NCBI GenBank assembly: GCA_017623475.1
Contig: JAGAPC010000009.1
Span: 24,645 to 88,644, forward strand
Length of the DNA stretch: 64,000 bases
Source: Clostridia bacterium
GTDB lineage: Bacteria > Bacillota > Clostridia > Oscillospirales > UBA644
Reading direction: 5' to 3'
Under the pieces are notes generated by a model. It did no database searches and was not told the DNA's origin. It was given only the letters and a program-made list of their open reading frames with translations. Below, in pieces: positions 36,322-46,137 of this stretch (the first letter of the stretch is position 1; every line of letters begins with the position of its first letter). The position numbers and the translations under genes are program-made.

Positions 36322-38028
36322 TTATTCCAAAATAGAGTCGGTCACCGTCGGAAGCGTAAAGGGCTGTTCAGCTCCGTATTGCTCGAAGATGCGTATCTCA
36401 TTTTCTTTCTTTAAAAGCTCGCCCGGAACGTAGAGGGTGTATTGAGGTCCGACGTTCCAATAGCGTCCGAGATGAAATCCGTTTACCGTTACGTAGCCCT
36501 TACTCATGCCGCGCATATCCAGGAAGGTGTCCTTGTTCTCTTCTGCCCTGAACGTACCCTTAAGCACTGCCGGACCGGAGGTGGGATTAAAGCCGCTTGC
36601 CTTTTCAAGGTCAATATCAAGGGGAAGATTTTCCCAATGGTAAAGATGGACGCCGCAACTGACAAGGACGCTTCCGTTGATGCCTTTCGTTTCTCCGAGA
36701 AGCTCTCCGAAATTGATTCGTCCCATGTTTTCCACAAGAAGCTCCAGCGTTGCCTTCTGTCCGCGGGGAATATCGAGATAAACCTCTTGGGGGCGGTCAC
36801 GCATGAGAGTCCCCAGATACTTGCGGTCAAGATATGCGTCGGCACGGTCGCCGAGTCCGGGAATATAAAGCTTCATTTTCGCGCCGCTTCCCGTAACCTC
36901 CGTGCGGTAAAGGATATAACCGTAGTCCTGCCCAAGCTCCTCCATCGTAAGGGGTTCGATGCTCTTTACCGCCTTGCCGTAATCGACCTGATCCCAAAAG
37001 GAAGCACATTCCGTAATCTTGATCTCCGGGGTTTGCGCTTCGTAGGTAAGATCGGGCATGGGAGGCTCGGGTTGACCGATAAAATCCCAAAAAGCCTTGC
37101 GACAGGCAAAATATTTCGGAGTGGGGAGTCCCTGCTCGTTGAGAAGGGCGTCATCCTCGTAGGTGGTGGTGTGGGGAATGTACCGCATCGGACGGTCGGA
37201 AACGCCAAAGGTTCTTCCGTAATTAGCGCCGTTCATAAACCCAAAATTCGTACCGCCTGCGAACATATAAAACGTCATCAAGCCGCCGTTTTCAAGGGCT
37301 TCCACAAAGCCGCCCACAACGTCGTTGATATTTCGGGCACAATAGGGCTCGCCCTTATGAATCGCACGTCCCGACCAATATTCCCCGATCAGCGGCGGTT
37401 TATCGGGCTGAACCGAACGCAGGGCGTCGATTGCCCTTTTGCTTTCAACACGGTAATTCACGCCCGCCCAAATGCCGGGGATATGACCGTACTGCATATG
37501 CACGGGGGCATATCCGTCGGTCGTATAGAACGCGCCGTCCACGCCGTTTTCCTGTAAAAGCTCCATGAGCTGCGTAAGATACTCGGCGTCGCTTCCGTAG
37601 GAGCCGTATTCGTTTTCGATACACGTCCCGATGATCGGTCCGCCGTTGCTGTGAAGATAGGGAACGAATACGGGGCAAAGCACCTTATAATAGTCCGCCA
37701 CGTGACGCATAAAGCGGGGATCGGAGGAACGGAGACTCATGTTCTCGTTATTGAGCCAATAAGGAAGTCCGCCGTTATCCCATTCACTGCAAATATAGGG
37801 GGAGGGACGAAGAAGAACCTTGAGATCCATCTCCTTTGCCATCTTCAAAAATCCCTCAAGGTCACAAAGCCCGTCGAAGCAAAACGTTCCCTTTTGAGGC
37901 TCGTGAAGATTCCACGGAACGTACGTCTGAACTACGGTAATTCCGAACGCCTTCATATACTCAAGACGACGGCGCAGACCGCCCGGATAAATTCTGTAAT
38001 AGTGAATATCTCCTGCTAAAAATCTCAT
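36322..38028 (-). CDS. glycoside hydrolase family 35 beta-galactosidase
   Basis: GDIHYYRI..VQTYVPWNLHEP..RPSPYICSEWDNGGLPYWL..CIENEYGSYG are GH35 signatures. Confidence 0.9.
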   Translation of the reverse strand: MRFLAGDIHYYRIYPGGLRRRLEYMKAFGITVVQTYVPWNLHEPQKGTFCFDGLCDLEGFLKMAKEMDLKVLLRPSPYICSEWDNGGLPYWLNNENMSLRSSDPRFMRHVADYYKVLCPVFVPYLHSNGGPIIGTCIENEYGSYGSDAEYLTQLMELLQENGVDGAFYTTDGYAPVHMQYGHIPGIWAGVNYRVESKRAIDALRSVQPDKPPLIGEYWSGRAIHKGEPYCARNINDVVGGFVEALENGGLMTFYMFAGGTNFGFMNGANYGRTFGVSDRPMRYIPHTTTYEDDALLNEQGLPTPKYFACRKAFWDFIGQPEPPMPDLTYEAQTPEIKITECASFWDQVDYGKAVKSIEPLTMEELGQDYGYILYRTEVTGSGAKMKLYIPGLGDRADAYLDRKYLGTLMRDRPQEVYLDIPRGQKATLELLVENMGRINFGELLGETKGINGSVLVSCGVHLYHWENLPLDIDLEKASGFNPTSGPAVLKGTFRAEENKDTFLDMRGMSKGYVTVNGFHLGRYWNVGPQYTLYVPGELLKKENEIRIFEQYGAEQPFTLPTVTDSILE

Positions 38029-38173
38029 CTTGGCTCCACCTTAAACATACGTTATTCGCCCTCGGAAGAGAAGGATTCCGATCTCCGCGGGGCATCGGAG
38101 AGTTTACGGGTTCATTGTAGCAAAGAAACCGACGCCCGTCAATAGAAACCTTGGTTTTGTTGATTTTTTGTCA

Positions 38174-38207
38174 AAAAATAGAATCGGAGAAGATCTCCGA
38201 TTCTATT
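38174..38207 (-). terminator. plsY terminator
   Basis: AATAGAATCGGAGA pairs with TCTCCGATTCTATT, then TTTTTT on the minus strand. Confidence 0.85.
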
Positions 38208-38208
38208 T

Positions 38209-38859
38209 TTATTTCGATTTCTTTTTCAATGAAATTTTCCGTTCCGTTCCGTTCAAGATGCGCTTGATGTTCCCGGCGTGGCGGAGCCACACGGAGGCGC
38301 ACATCAGGGCGATGACGCCGGTGAGCCATCCCCAGCCCGACTCATCGCAATAAACGAAGCCGACGGTTAAGGGAATGACGATTCCGCAAATGAGGGACGA
38401 AAGGGATACCATGCGGAATAAGAGTAAAACGATCAAAAACGTAGCCAAAACCGCGAGGAAAATCCGATAATCAAGAACGATCAAAAGTCCGCCCATGACC
38501 GAAACCCCCTTGCCCCCCTTAAAGTGGGCAAAGCAGGGGTAAAAATTCCCCAAAAGGCAACCGGCAACCAAAATAACACCCGAAAGGCAAGCCCCTACGG
38601 TGCCGAGCCCAAAGACGTCTCCGGGGAACAGGTATTTGGCGACCAAGCCGAATACCATGCTTTTCAAAATCTCCGCCGCCATGACGGTAATTCCCCAGCC
38701 GAGCCCCATGGAACGGGCAACGTTGGTGCCGCCTGCGTTTCCGCTTCCGACCTTATAAATATCGATTTTTCCGATATATTTGGTCACGACCAGGGACAAA
38801 TTGACGCTGCCTACAAGATAACCAAACAAAAAGGTCAATGCGAGATACAACCATTTCAT
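38209..38859 (-). CDS. plsY: glycerol-3-phosphate acyltransferase PlsY
   Basis: YLVGSVNLSLVV..VGSGNAGGTNVARS. Confidence 0.9.
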   Translation of the reverse strand: MKWLYLALTFLFGYLVGSVNLSLVVTKYIGKIDIYKVGSGNAGGTNVARSMGLGWGITVMAAEILKSMVFGLVAKYLFPGDVFGLGTVGACLSGVILVAGCLLGNFYPCFAHFKGGKGVSVMGGLLIVLDYRIFLAVLATFLIVLLLFRMVSLSSLICGIVIPLTVGFVYCDESGWGWLTGVIALMCASVWLRHAGNIKRILNGTERKISLKKKSK

Positions 38860-40184
38860 TTTTCTTGGTCTCCCCTTTCACGGATAAAGAGACGGATGGG
38901 CGTTCCTTCCAAGCCAAACACGGCGCGGATCTGATTTTCGATATACCGCTGATAGGAAAAATGGAACAGCGACGCATCGTTACAGAACACGACGAAGGAG
39001 GGCGGATTGGTGGATGCCTGGGTCATATAAAGGATCTTCAGCCGTTTGCCCTTGTCGGAGGGGGGCTGAACCCGAATGGTGGCGTCGGCAAGAATATCGT
39101 TCAACACCCCGGTGGTGATCCGACGGGAATGCTGCTCGTGAACCGAATTGATGAGGGGGAACAGTTTATCCACCCGCTGACCGGTTTTTGCGGAAATAAA
39201 CAACACCGGCGCGTAGGACATATATTTGAGCTCTTCCTTGATATCAACCTTCATCTGATCCATGGTGTAGGTATCTTTTTCGATCAGATCCCACTTGTTG
39301 ACCAGGATAATGGACGCCTTGCCGCGCTCGTGAGCAAATCCGGCGATCTTCACGTCCTGGTCGGTCACCCCGCGGGAGGCGTCGATCAAAATCAGAACCA
39401 CGTCTGCCCGATCGATTGCCATATAAGAACGGACGATGGAGTATTGCTCAATATTATCATACACCTTATTCTTCCGGCGTATTCCGGCGGTGTCGATAAA
39501 GCAATACCGTCCGTACTGATTTTCCTTGACCGTATCTACCGCGTCGCGGGTCGTACCGGGGATATCGGAGACGATCATCCGCTTTTCCCCAAGAATATAA
39601 TTGACCAGGGAGGATTTCCCCACGTTGGGGCGTCCGATCAAGGCGACCTTGACGGTTTTATCCTCTTCCGCGTCTTCTTCGGGCAGGGGAAGATATTCGT
39701 AAACGGCGTCCAACAGATCGCCGATTCCCAAACCGTGAACCGAGGAAACGGCGACGGGATCGCCCATTCCCAAATTATAAAATTCGTAAAATTCCGGGGG
39801 ATTTTCACCGGGACGGTCGATCTTATTCACGCAAAGAACGACGTTTTTCCCTGCCTTCATCAGCATCCGGGAAACTTCAACGTCGGCGTCGGTCACACCC
39901 GATTTGATATCGGTAACGAAAATGACCGCGTCTGCCTGATCGATGGCAATTTGTGCCTGGCGGCGCATCTGATCGAGAATTTCGTTGCCGGTATGAGGCT
40001 CAATCCCGCCGGTATCCACCAACGTAAAGGTTCTGCCCCGCCATTCGAAATCGCAGTAAATGCGATCCCTGGTAACGCCGGGGGTATCTTCGATAATGGA
40101 AAGGCGCTGTCCGACGATTTTATTAAACAAGGTCGATTTCCCCACGTTGGGGCGTCCGACCACGGCGATCATGGGATTTGCCAT
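38856..40184 (-). CDS. der: ribosome-biogenesis GTPase Der (EngA)
   Basis: Two G domains (VVGRPNVGKSTLFN and LIGRPNVGKSSLVN) plus a KH-like C-terminus. Start at ATG 40184. Confidence 0.95.
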   Translation of the reverse strand: MANPMIAVVGRPNVGKSTLFNKIVGQRLSIIEDTPGVTRDRIYCDFEWRGRTFTLVDTGGIEPHTGNEILDQMRRQAQIAIDQADAVIFVTDIKSGVTDADVEVSRMLMKAGKNVVLCVNKIDRPGENPPEFYEFYNLGMGDPVAVSSVHGLGIGDLLDAVYEYLPLPEEDAEEDKTVKVALIGRPNVGKSSLVNYILGEKRMIVSDIPGTTRDAVDTVKENQYGRYCFIDTAGIRRKNKVYDNIEQYSIVRSYMAIDRADVVLILIDASRGVTDQDVKIAGFAHERGKASIILVNKWDLIEKDTYTMDQMKVDIKEELKYMSYAPVLFISAKTGQRVDKLFPLINSVHEQHSRRITTGVLNDILADATIRVQPPSDKGKRLKILYMTQASTNPPSFVVFCNDASLFHFSYQRYIENQIRAVFGLEGTPIRLFIRERGDQEK

Positions 40185-40200
40185 AACAAAAAAACTCCGT

Positions 40201-41499
40201 TCAGCTGCGGGCTGCCCGCGACAACGCGTCTGCAAAGCCCTCGGCTCCGTTTTCCGAAACGAGAATTTTCACGTTCAATTCCCGTTCCACGTCCCCGACC
40301 GAAATATCATCTAAAAATTTATCGTCCCGAAGCATTACGTCGGGAATTAAGAGATAATCTCCCAATTCCTTTCCCTTCAGCTGGGAAATCACGTCCTGCC
40401 CGGTAATCAGCCCGGTAACGGTAACGTCGTGACCGAAAAAGTGATTCTCAATGCCGTAAACGTCGCATTGGAGATCGGTGTATTTTTCGCCGATTTTGGC
40501 GACCATACGGCGCATGAAATCCTCGGTGATCTTCCCGGTAATACTGCTGACGCGGATGGGGAGCGTAAAGGGCTGAACCAAGAAGGACATCAGATCGTTG
40601 ATTTCCCGTTCAAAGGTGGAGATCATGCCGATGCCGTTTTCCAACTGCTCAAACTCCTCGTAGGAATCGAATTCGGGCAAGGGAAGCCCTGCCTTCAGAT
40701 ACAACTCATCCGCCGCCCAGACCAGGCGCGTGCCGAGATCCTTGAGACATTCCTCGGCAAATTCTTCCACCTGTTCGACGATTGCTTTACATTCCTCGGG
40801 GGTATAGACCCGAAGAGGCTCCAGCCCCTCCCGATAACGGGTCAAGCCCACGGGAACCACCGAAATGCTGGAGAGCTGGGGGTGCAGCGTTTTCAGATCC
40901 TTCAGGGATCGGGTCAATTCTTCGCCGTCGTTCCAGCCGGGGCAAAGGACGATCTGCCCCCGCAGATTGATATCCGCATCCCGAAACCGCTGCATCAATT
41001 CAAATCCTTTGGCGGCGGCGGGATTTTTCATCATTTTAACCCGAAGCTCCGGATTGGTCGTATGGATCGACACGTTGAAGGGAGAAACCTTCATGTCGAT
41101 GATCCGCGCCACGTCCTCGTCGGTCAGGTTGGTCAGGGTAACGTAATTTCCGTAAACCAAGGAAAGGCGGAAATCGTCATCCTTATAATACATCGTCTCC
41201 CGCATCGTCGGGGGAAGCTGGTCGATGAAGCAGAAGATACATTTATTTTTACAGGACCGTTGCTTGTCCATCAGATAATTTTCAAATTCAAGTCCCGGAT
41301 CTTCGGTTGGCTTTTTCAGAACCGCAGATACGGTTTTTCCCTCCCGACATACCGTAAGATCGGTAACGCCGAGGGAGGTCTGATACATATAGTCCAGAAA
41401 ATCCCGGATCGGAACCCCGTTGACGGCAATCAGATCGTCGCCGGGAAGGACTTTTTTCCGAAAGGGACTGCGTTTTTCTACGCAACGAATTATTGCCAT
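40201..41499 (-). CDS. PDZ + radical-SAM-like + DUF512 protein
   Basis: PDZ-like segment VLPGDDLIAVNGVPIRD. CX3CX2C motif CKNKCIFC. DUF512-type C-terminus. Confidence 0.8.
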   Translation of the reverse strand: MAIIRCVEKRSPFRKKVLPGDDLIAVNGVPIRDFLDYMYQTSLGVTDLTVCREGKTVSAVLKKPTEDPGLEFENYLMDKQRSCKNKCIFCFIDQLPPTMRETMYYKDDDFRLSLVYGNYVTLTNLTDEDVARIIDMKVSPFNVSIHTTNPELRVKMMKNPAAAKGFELMQRFRDADINLRGQIVLCPGWNDGEELTRSLKDLKTLHPQLSSISVVPVGLTRYREGLEPLRVYTPEECKAIVEQVEEFAEECLKDLGTRLVWAADELYLKAGLPLPEFDSYEEFEQLENGIGMISTFEREINDLMSFLVQPFTLPIRVSSITGKITEDFMRRMVAKIGEKYTDLQCDVYGIENHFFGHDVTVTGLITGQDVISQLKGKELGDYLLIPDVMLRDDKFLDDISVGDVERELNVKILVSENGAEGFADALSRAARS

Positions 41500-41617
41500 A
41501 CAAGAATTCCTTTAACAAATATCGTATAAAATATTTTGGACACAAAACGACGGAGAAACACCTCTCCTTCGGTAAAAAAGAAGACCGTGTTTCCCCTTCG
41601 CGTTGATGCAGCAAAAC

Positions 41618-41812
41618 TCACTTCGCTGCTTCGTTGTTCATTTTCAGAACTTGCTTACCGTCATAGTAGCCGCAAGCCTTGCAAACACGGTGAGAAAGAA
41701 CGTATTCGCCGCAGTTGGGGCACTGAACCATGCCGGGCATTTCGAGCTTCCAAACGCTGGAACGTCTCTTGTGCTTTCTTTGTTTCGAGACCTTTTTCTT
41801 CGGTGCGATCAT
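41618..41812 (-). CDS. rpmF: 50S ribosomal protein L32
   Basis: [48 protein letters not shown]. Confidence 0.9.
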   Translation of the reverse strand: MIAPKKKVSKQRKHKRRSSVWKLEMPGMVQCPNCGEYVLSHRVCKACGYYDGKQVLKMNNEAAK

Positions 41813-41850
41813 TGGTGGACACCTCCTGTTTCCAATATCAAATTATAAAC

Positions 41851-42279
41851 TTATTCGCTGCATCCGCATTCGCCGTCGTTGAGGTTTTTCCCGCAGGACG
41901 GGCACAGTCCCAGGCAATCTTCCTTACAAAGGATCTTCGTAGGAAGCTCCAGAACCAGCGCGTCGTAAGCGGTTTTTTCCAGGTCGATCTTTCCGTTTTC
42001 CACCGTCACGGAGTCGTCTTCCGACGATTCCAGGGTAAGTACGGTTTTCAGCTCGGCCTCCAGAGGAAGGACGGCATCCTCCAGGCATCGGTCGCAGGAA
42101 GCAACACAGGTGCCGGAGACGGTGGCGCGAAAGGTCATGACGCCGACGACGTTCCGAAGTTTTCCGGTAATGCGGACTTCGGTGAAAGCGGGTTCCGTGG
42201 CGGAAAGATCAACCGGCTCGTCAAAGGGCAGGCTTTCTCCTTCGCTGCGGCTGAAATCGTTAATATCCAAAAACCGCAT
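41851..42279 (-). CDS. yceD: YceD/DUF177 family protein
   Basis: Position upstream of rpmF. C-terminal Cys cluster CKEDCLGLCPSCGKNLNDGECGC. ATG 42279 with AAAGGAG. Confidence 0.8.
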   Translation of the reverse strand: MRFLDINDFSRSEGESLPFDEPVDLSATEPAFTEVRITGKLRNVVGVMTFRATVSGTCVASCDRCLEDAVLPLEAELKTVLTLESSEDDSVTVENGKIDLEKTAYDALVLELPTKILCKEDCLGLCPSCGKNLNDGECGCSE

Positions 42280-42369
42280 ATCGGGAACTCCTTTCTGTGT
42301 CGGTGCAAAATGCATACTTATATATTATACCACAAATTTTCAGAATGTCAAGTAGGTAATTTGGAAAAT

Positions 42370-43551
42370 TTATTTGACCTCTCTGCCGCCGTCGCAAGCG
42401 GAGGAGATATAAAATTCTCCGGTAAAGCCGGTGCGTTCTTTATAATTCTTGCCAACCTCTTCGATAAAGTGATCCACCGCGTCGTCGGCAACGATGCTGA
42501 CGGTACAACCGCCGAAGCCTGCGCCGGTCATACGGGAACCGATACATCCTTCGATCTTCAGAGATTCCTCTACCATGACGTCCAGATTCAATCCGGTTAC
42601 CTCGTACAGATCCCGAAGGGAGATGTGGGAGGCGGTCATCAGATGACCGAAGGCGTGCAGATCGCCGGTATTGAGGGCTTCGATGGATTTGAGAACCCGG
42701 TCACACTCGTAAACCACGTGTTCCGCACGGCGGCGTTCCACCTCGTTCTGAATCAAATGCTTGGCTTCTTCGAACTGGGCGACGGAAATTGCCCGCAGAC
42801 AATCGGCTTCGGGGTATGCGATCTGCAGCTGCTTGAGGGCAGATTCACATTCCGCGCGGCGCTCGTTGTATTTGGAATCCGCAAGTCCGCGTTTTTTCTT
42901 GGTATTTCCGACGATGATCTTGTATCCGTCGAGAACCAAGGGAACGTATTGGAAATCCAGAGTTTTGCAATCCAGGAAAATGGCTTGATCCTTTTTGCCC
43001 ATGGCGCTTGCAAACTGATCCATGATTCCGCAGTTGACGCCGCAGTAAATAATTTCCGCTTCCTGGGAAAGCTTTGCCATTTCGATCATATCCACAGGCT
43101 CGGTGATGCCCTTGGCTTCGTTGGAGAAGGTGGCAAGGGTCAGCGCCATGACGACCTCAATGGCGGCGGAGGAAGAAAGACCTGCGCCCAGGGGAACGGT
43201 GTCGTGATAAAGGATATCACAAGAGCAGATTTCGTATCCGTGGTTTTGCAACACGTATGCAACCCCTGCCTGGTAGTTGCCCCACTTGAGGTCTTTGTAG
43301 GAATCTAATTTTTCAATATCCAATTCCACGCGGTCGGGAAGATCGGTGGCGGCAAGACGGATCTTTCCGCTGTCGGTCTTACGGACGATGATGTGAGAGG
43401 CGTGCTCCAACGCGGCGGGGAATACGAAGCCGCCGTTGTAGTCGGTATGCTCTCCGATCATGTTGACCCGTCCGGGAGAAACGAACATCCGAACGTCGGA
43501 AGCGTCTCCTCCGTAAAGGGCGAGGAATTTCGTAAGCAATTCTTGATTCAC
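42370..43551 (-). CDS. galK: galactokinase
   Basis: GRVNMIGEHTDYNGGFVFP and PLGAGLSSSAA motifs. GTG 43551 is proposed as the start because the first 22 track codons coincide with the promoter. Confidence 0.9.
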   Translation of the reverse strand: MNQELLTKFLALYGGDASDVRMFVSPGRVNMIGEHTDYNGGFVFPAALEHASHIIVRKTDSGKIRLAATDLPDRVELDIEKLDSYKDLKWGNYQAGVAYVLQNHGYEICSCDILYHDTVPLGAGLSSSAAIEVVMALTLATFSNEAKGITEPVDMIEMAKLSQEAEIIYCGVNCGIMDQFASAMGKKDQAIFLDCKTLDFQYVPLVLDGYKIIVGNTKKKRGLADSKYNERRAECESALKQLQIAYPEADCLRAISVAQFEEAKHLIQNEVERRRAEHVVYECDRVLKSIEALNTGDLHAFGHLMTASHISLRDLYEVTGLNLDVMVEESLKIEGCIGSRMTGAGFGGCTVSIVADDAVDHFIEEVGKNYKERTGFTGEFYISSACDGGREVK

Positions 43552-43588
43552 GGTATAATAACATCCTTTCTGAACGATATACAGGAAT

Positions 43589-43617
43589 ATTATACACCAT
43601 TTTTGCCCAAATGTCAA
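43589..43617 (-). promoter_or_regulatory. galK promoter
   Basis: On the minus strand: TTGACA (43617-43612), 17 nt, TATAAT (43594-43589). Confidence 0.65.
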
Positions 43618-43644
43618 GATTTATTTGCAACAAATATAGGAATC

Positions 43645-44031
43645 TTAAAGAATATTTTCCCAGGTGGCGCGATGGGTTTCGGAAAGTTCTTTCAGGGTTT
43701 TGGAAAGGTCGGTCAACGCTTCCAGCGCCGGGGACACGTCTCCCTCCTCCGTCAGCTCCTTTGCCCGGGACAAGCCCCGCTGGATTTCGTGAATCCGCGC
43801 GTCGTTGACGAAGACGCCCAAAATCGGACGGCGGCGGTCGAATTCGGAAATCAGTTCGTCCAAAAGGCGAAGTCCCTCCCCCATCGTTGTTTCGTCGGAT
43901 AAAGCGTCGCACACCGTATCGGCTTGCGTTGCAAGATCCTCCGCCGTTCTGCCCAAAGAGATCTGTCCCACGGTGACGAAGGAAATCAAAAGCAGGGCGA
44001 CCGTCAACGCGGATATAAAACGGGACGTCAT
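43645..44031 (-). CDS. DUF4363 family protein
   Basis: N-terminal TM followed by a helical domain. It pairs with a DUF421 gene, which is the typical association. ATGA overlap with that gene. Confidence 0.7.
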   Translation of the reverse strand: MTSRFISALTVALLLISFVTVGQISLGRTAEDLATQADTVCDALSDETTMGEGLRLLDELISEFDRRRPILGVFVNDARIHEIQRGLSRAKELTEEGDVSPALEALTDLSKTLKELSETHRATWENIL

Positions 44032-44669
44032 GACACGTTCTCCCGAAAAATGCAGGTATAACGACCGGCGATTTCATAGAGAAGGAAGACGTTTTTTACC
44101 TCGGACGCCCCTTCCTTGGAGAGGATCGCCGCCAAGGCTCCGTCGTCAATGCCCCTGCGGTGGAGATTTTCCTTGACCGGGATCCCGTCGGAGATCAGAA
44201 TCAGCGGCAAGGTTTTTTGCGTCGCGCTCTTCTTGGGAATTACGCTGACCTTTCCGTCGGTTTCCAACACGCAGTATTTAACGTCTTCCACCGCCATCAA
44301 GCCGTTTTGCCGTAATTCCTCCATCAATTCGCCTACGGTCATCTGGGATTTTTTCATTTCCTTCTGATCAATCTTTCCGTCGTCGATCAGCACCGAATAC
44401 CGTCCGCCCAGCATCCGATTAAAAAAGGGCAGCTTCAAGGTAAGGAAGGAGAAAATAATCTCCAAAACCACCAGGGTAATCATTGGAATAACGCTGTAAA
44501 CCAAGGGCATTTCCAAATCCTGCATACACAAGGTTGCAAGGTCGGAAATCAAAAGCGTGATGACCAGCTCCGCCGGCTCCAGCTCCCCGATCTGCCGCTT
44601 ACCCATGCAACGCAACGCCGTGATGGTCAACACGTATAAAATTGCCGTCCGAATCAATGCGACCGCCAT
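44028..44669 (-). CDS. DUF421 (YetF-like) membrane protein
   Basis: MAVALIRTAILYVLTITALRCMGKRQIGELEPAELVITLLISDLA. Start at ATG 44669. Confidence 0.8.
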   Translation of the reverse strand: MAVALIRTAILYVLTITALRCMGKRQIGELEPAELVITLLISDLATLCMQDLEMPLVYSVIPMITLVVLEIIFSFLTLKLPFFNRMLGGRYSVLIDDGKIDQKEMKKSQMTVGELMEELRQNGLMAVEDVKYCVLETDGKVSVIPKKSATQKTLPLILISDGIPVKENLHRRGIDDGALAAILSKEGASEVKNVFLLYEIAGRYTCIFRENVS

Positions 44670-44713
44670 AAAAAAACCCCTTTCGTTCCGTCTTTTTTTA
44701 GTTTGAACGAAGG

Positions 44714-44750
44714 GATAAAAAATATGCACCCCGAAATCGAGGTGCATATT
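44714..44750 (-). terminator. ackA terminator
   Basis: AATATGCACC (44721-44730) pairs with GGTGCATATT (44741-44750), with a T-run on the minus strand. Confidence 0.85.
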
Positions 44751-44762
44751 GATCGTATTTTC

Positions 44763-45995
44763 TTATCGCGTGGCAACGGCAAGGGTTTCCTTGGCGATCA
44801 TCAATTCCTCGTTGGTGGGAATGACGAGAACCTTGATCTTGGAATTTTTGCCGGTAATATCGACGGTGCCGCGGATCTGATTGGCTTCTTCGTCAATTTC
44901 GATACCGAGGGGCTCCAGCAGTCCTTTGCAGACGTTTCTGCGGGTGGTGGGACCGTTTTCTCCGATGCCTGCGGTGAAGACGATGCAATCAACGCCGCCG
45001 AGAATGGCGATATAGCCTGCCATGATCTGCTTACATTGATAGCCGAACATTTCCAAAGCGAGGGCGCAGGCTTCGTCCCCGTTGTTGGCGCGGGCTTCCA
45101 GATCACGGAAGTCGCTGTATCCGCCGGAAACGGCAAAAACGCCGGATTTTTTATTCATGATGTTGTTCAGTTCGGTGCCGTTCATGTGGCGCATTTCTCC
45201 GGTCTTTTCGTCCTTGACCAGCTCGTTGTCCAGCAACAGGGGAACGATGGCGGGATCGATGGAGCCGCAACGGGTTCCCATCAAAGGACCGGCAAGGGGA
45301 GTCAGACCCATGGAGGTATCGACGCAGCGTCCCTTATCGACGGCGGTAATGGAAGAGCCGTTTCCGAGGTGCAGGGTGACCATCTTCAACTCTTCGGGCT
45401 TTTTGCCGAGGTATTCCGCAGTTTTTTGGGATACGTACTTATGGGACGTTCCGTGGGCGCCGTAACGCTTGATGCTGTATTTTTCACACAGATCCCGGGG
45501 CAGAGCGTAGGTCTTTGCCACGTCGGGCATGGTGGAATGGAACGCGGTATCAAAGACAGCTACGTGGGGGATGTTGGGCATCGCCTGACGGCAGGCGCGG
45601 ATTCCTGCGGCGTTGGGCATGGCGTGAAGGGGTGCCAAGGTTTTGCACGCTTCGATCTTTTCCACTACTTCGTCGCTATCGACGAGGGTGGCTTCCATGA
45701 AGAAGCTTCCGCCGTGAACGATCCGATGACCGGCGGCACCGATTTCGGAAACGTCCGAGATCACGCCGATTTCGGGATCAACCAAGGTTTCAAGCACTTT
45801 ATTTGCGGCAACCGTGTGGTTGGGGAACGCAACGTCCTTTTCGATGGAGACGTCTTTGCCGGGTGCTTTGTAGGAGAACACACCGTCGATGCCGATGCGG
45901 TCGCAGTTACCTTTTGCGAGAACCTCTTCGTTTTCCATATCGAAGAGCTGGTACTTCAAAGAGGAGCTTCCTGCGTTGATGACTAAAATCTTCAT
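44763..45995 (-). CDS. ackA: acetate kinase
   Basis: MKILVINAGSSSLKYQLF..GHRIVHGG. Confidence 0.95.
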   Translation of the reverse strand: MKILVINAGSSSLKYQLFDMENEEVLAKGNCDRIGIDGVFSYKAPGKDVSIEKDVAFPNHTVAANKVLETLVDPEIGVISDVSEIGAAGHRIVHGGSFFMEATLVDSDEVVEKIEACKTLAPLHAMPNAAGIRACRQAMPNIPHVAVFDTAFHSTMPDVAKTYALPRDLCEKYSIKRYGAHGTSHKYVSQKTAEYLGKKPEELKMVTLHLGNGSSITAVDKGRCVDTSMGLTPLAGPLMGTRCGSIDPAIVPLLLDNELVKDEKTGEMRHMNGTELNNIMNKKSGVFAVSGGYSDFRDLEARANNGDEACALALEMFGYQCKQIMAGYIAILGGVDCIVFTAGIGENGPTTRRNVCKGLLEPLGIEIDEEANQIRGTVDITGKNSKIKVLVIPTNEELMIAKETLAVATR

Positions 45996-46137
45996 AATTT
46001 TCGCCTTCCTGTATCTTGATTTTTTTTCAACTTTGTAGTATAATGGTCATACAGATTATATTATAGTCCTTTTCGCGGAAAATTGCAAGTGATTTTACAT
46101 TTTTTTGCGTTTTATAAATCAAAAAAGGAGTCGAGCC

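Noticed and set aside
38838-43308. Long plus-strand ORFs (522, 366 and 590 aa) antisense to der, the DUF512 gene, rpmF, yceD and galK
   Set aside because: They span several independent minus-strand genes and their intergenic promoters. They have low-complexity Gly/Asp/Val composition. All the sense genes carry strong family motifs.
43379-44077. 232-aa Arg-rich minus-strand ORF overlapping galK, its promoter and the DUF4363 gene
   Set aside because: It is out of frame with two well-supported genes, has extreme Arg/Gly/Pro composition, and crosses a promoter.
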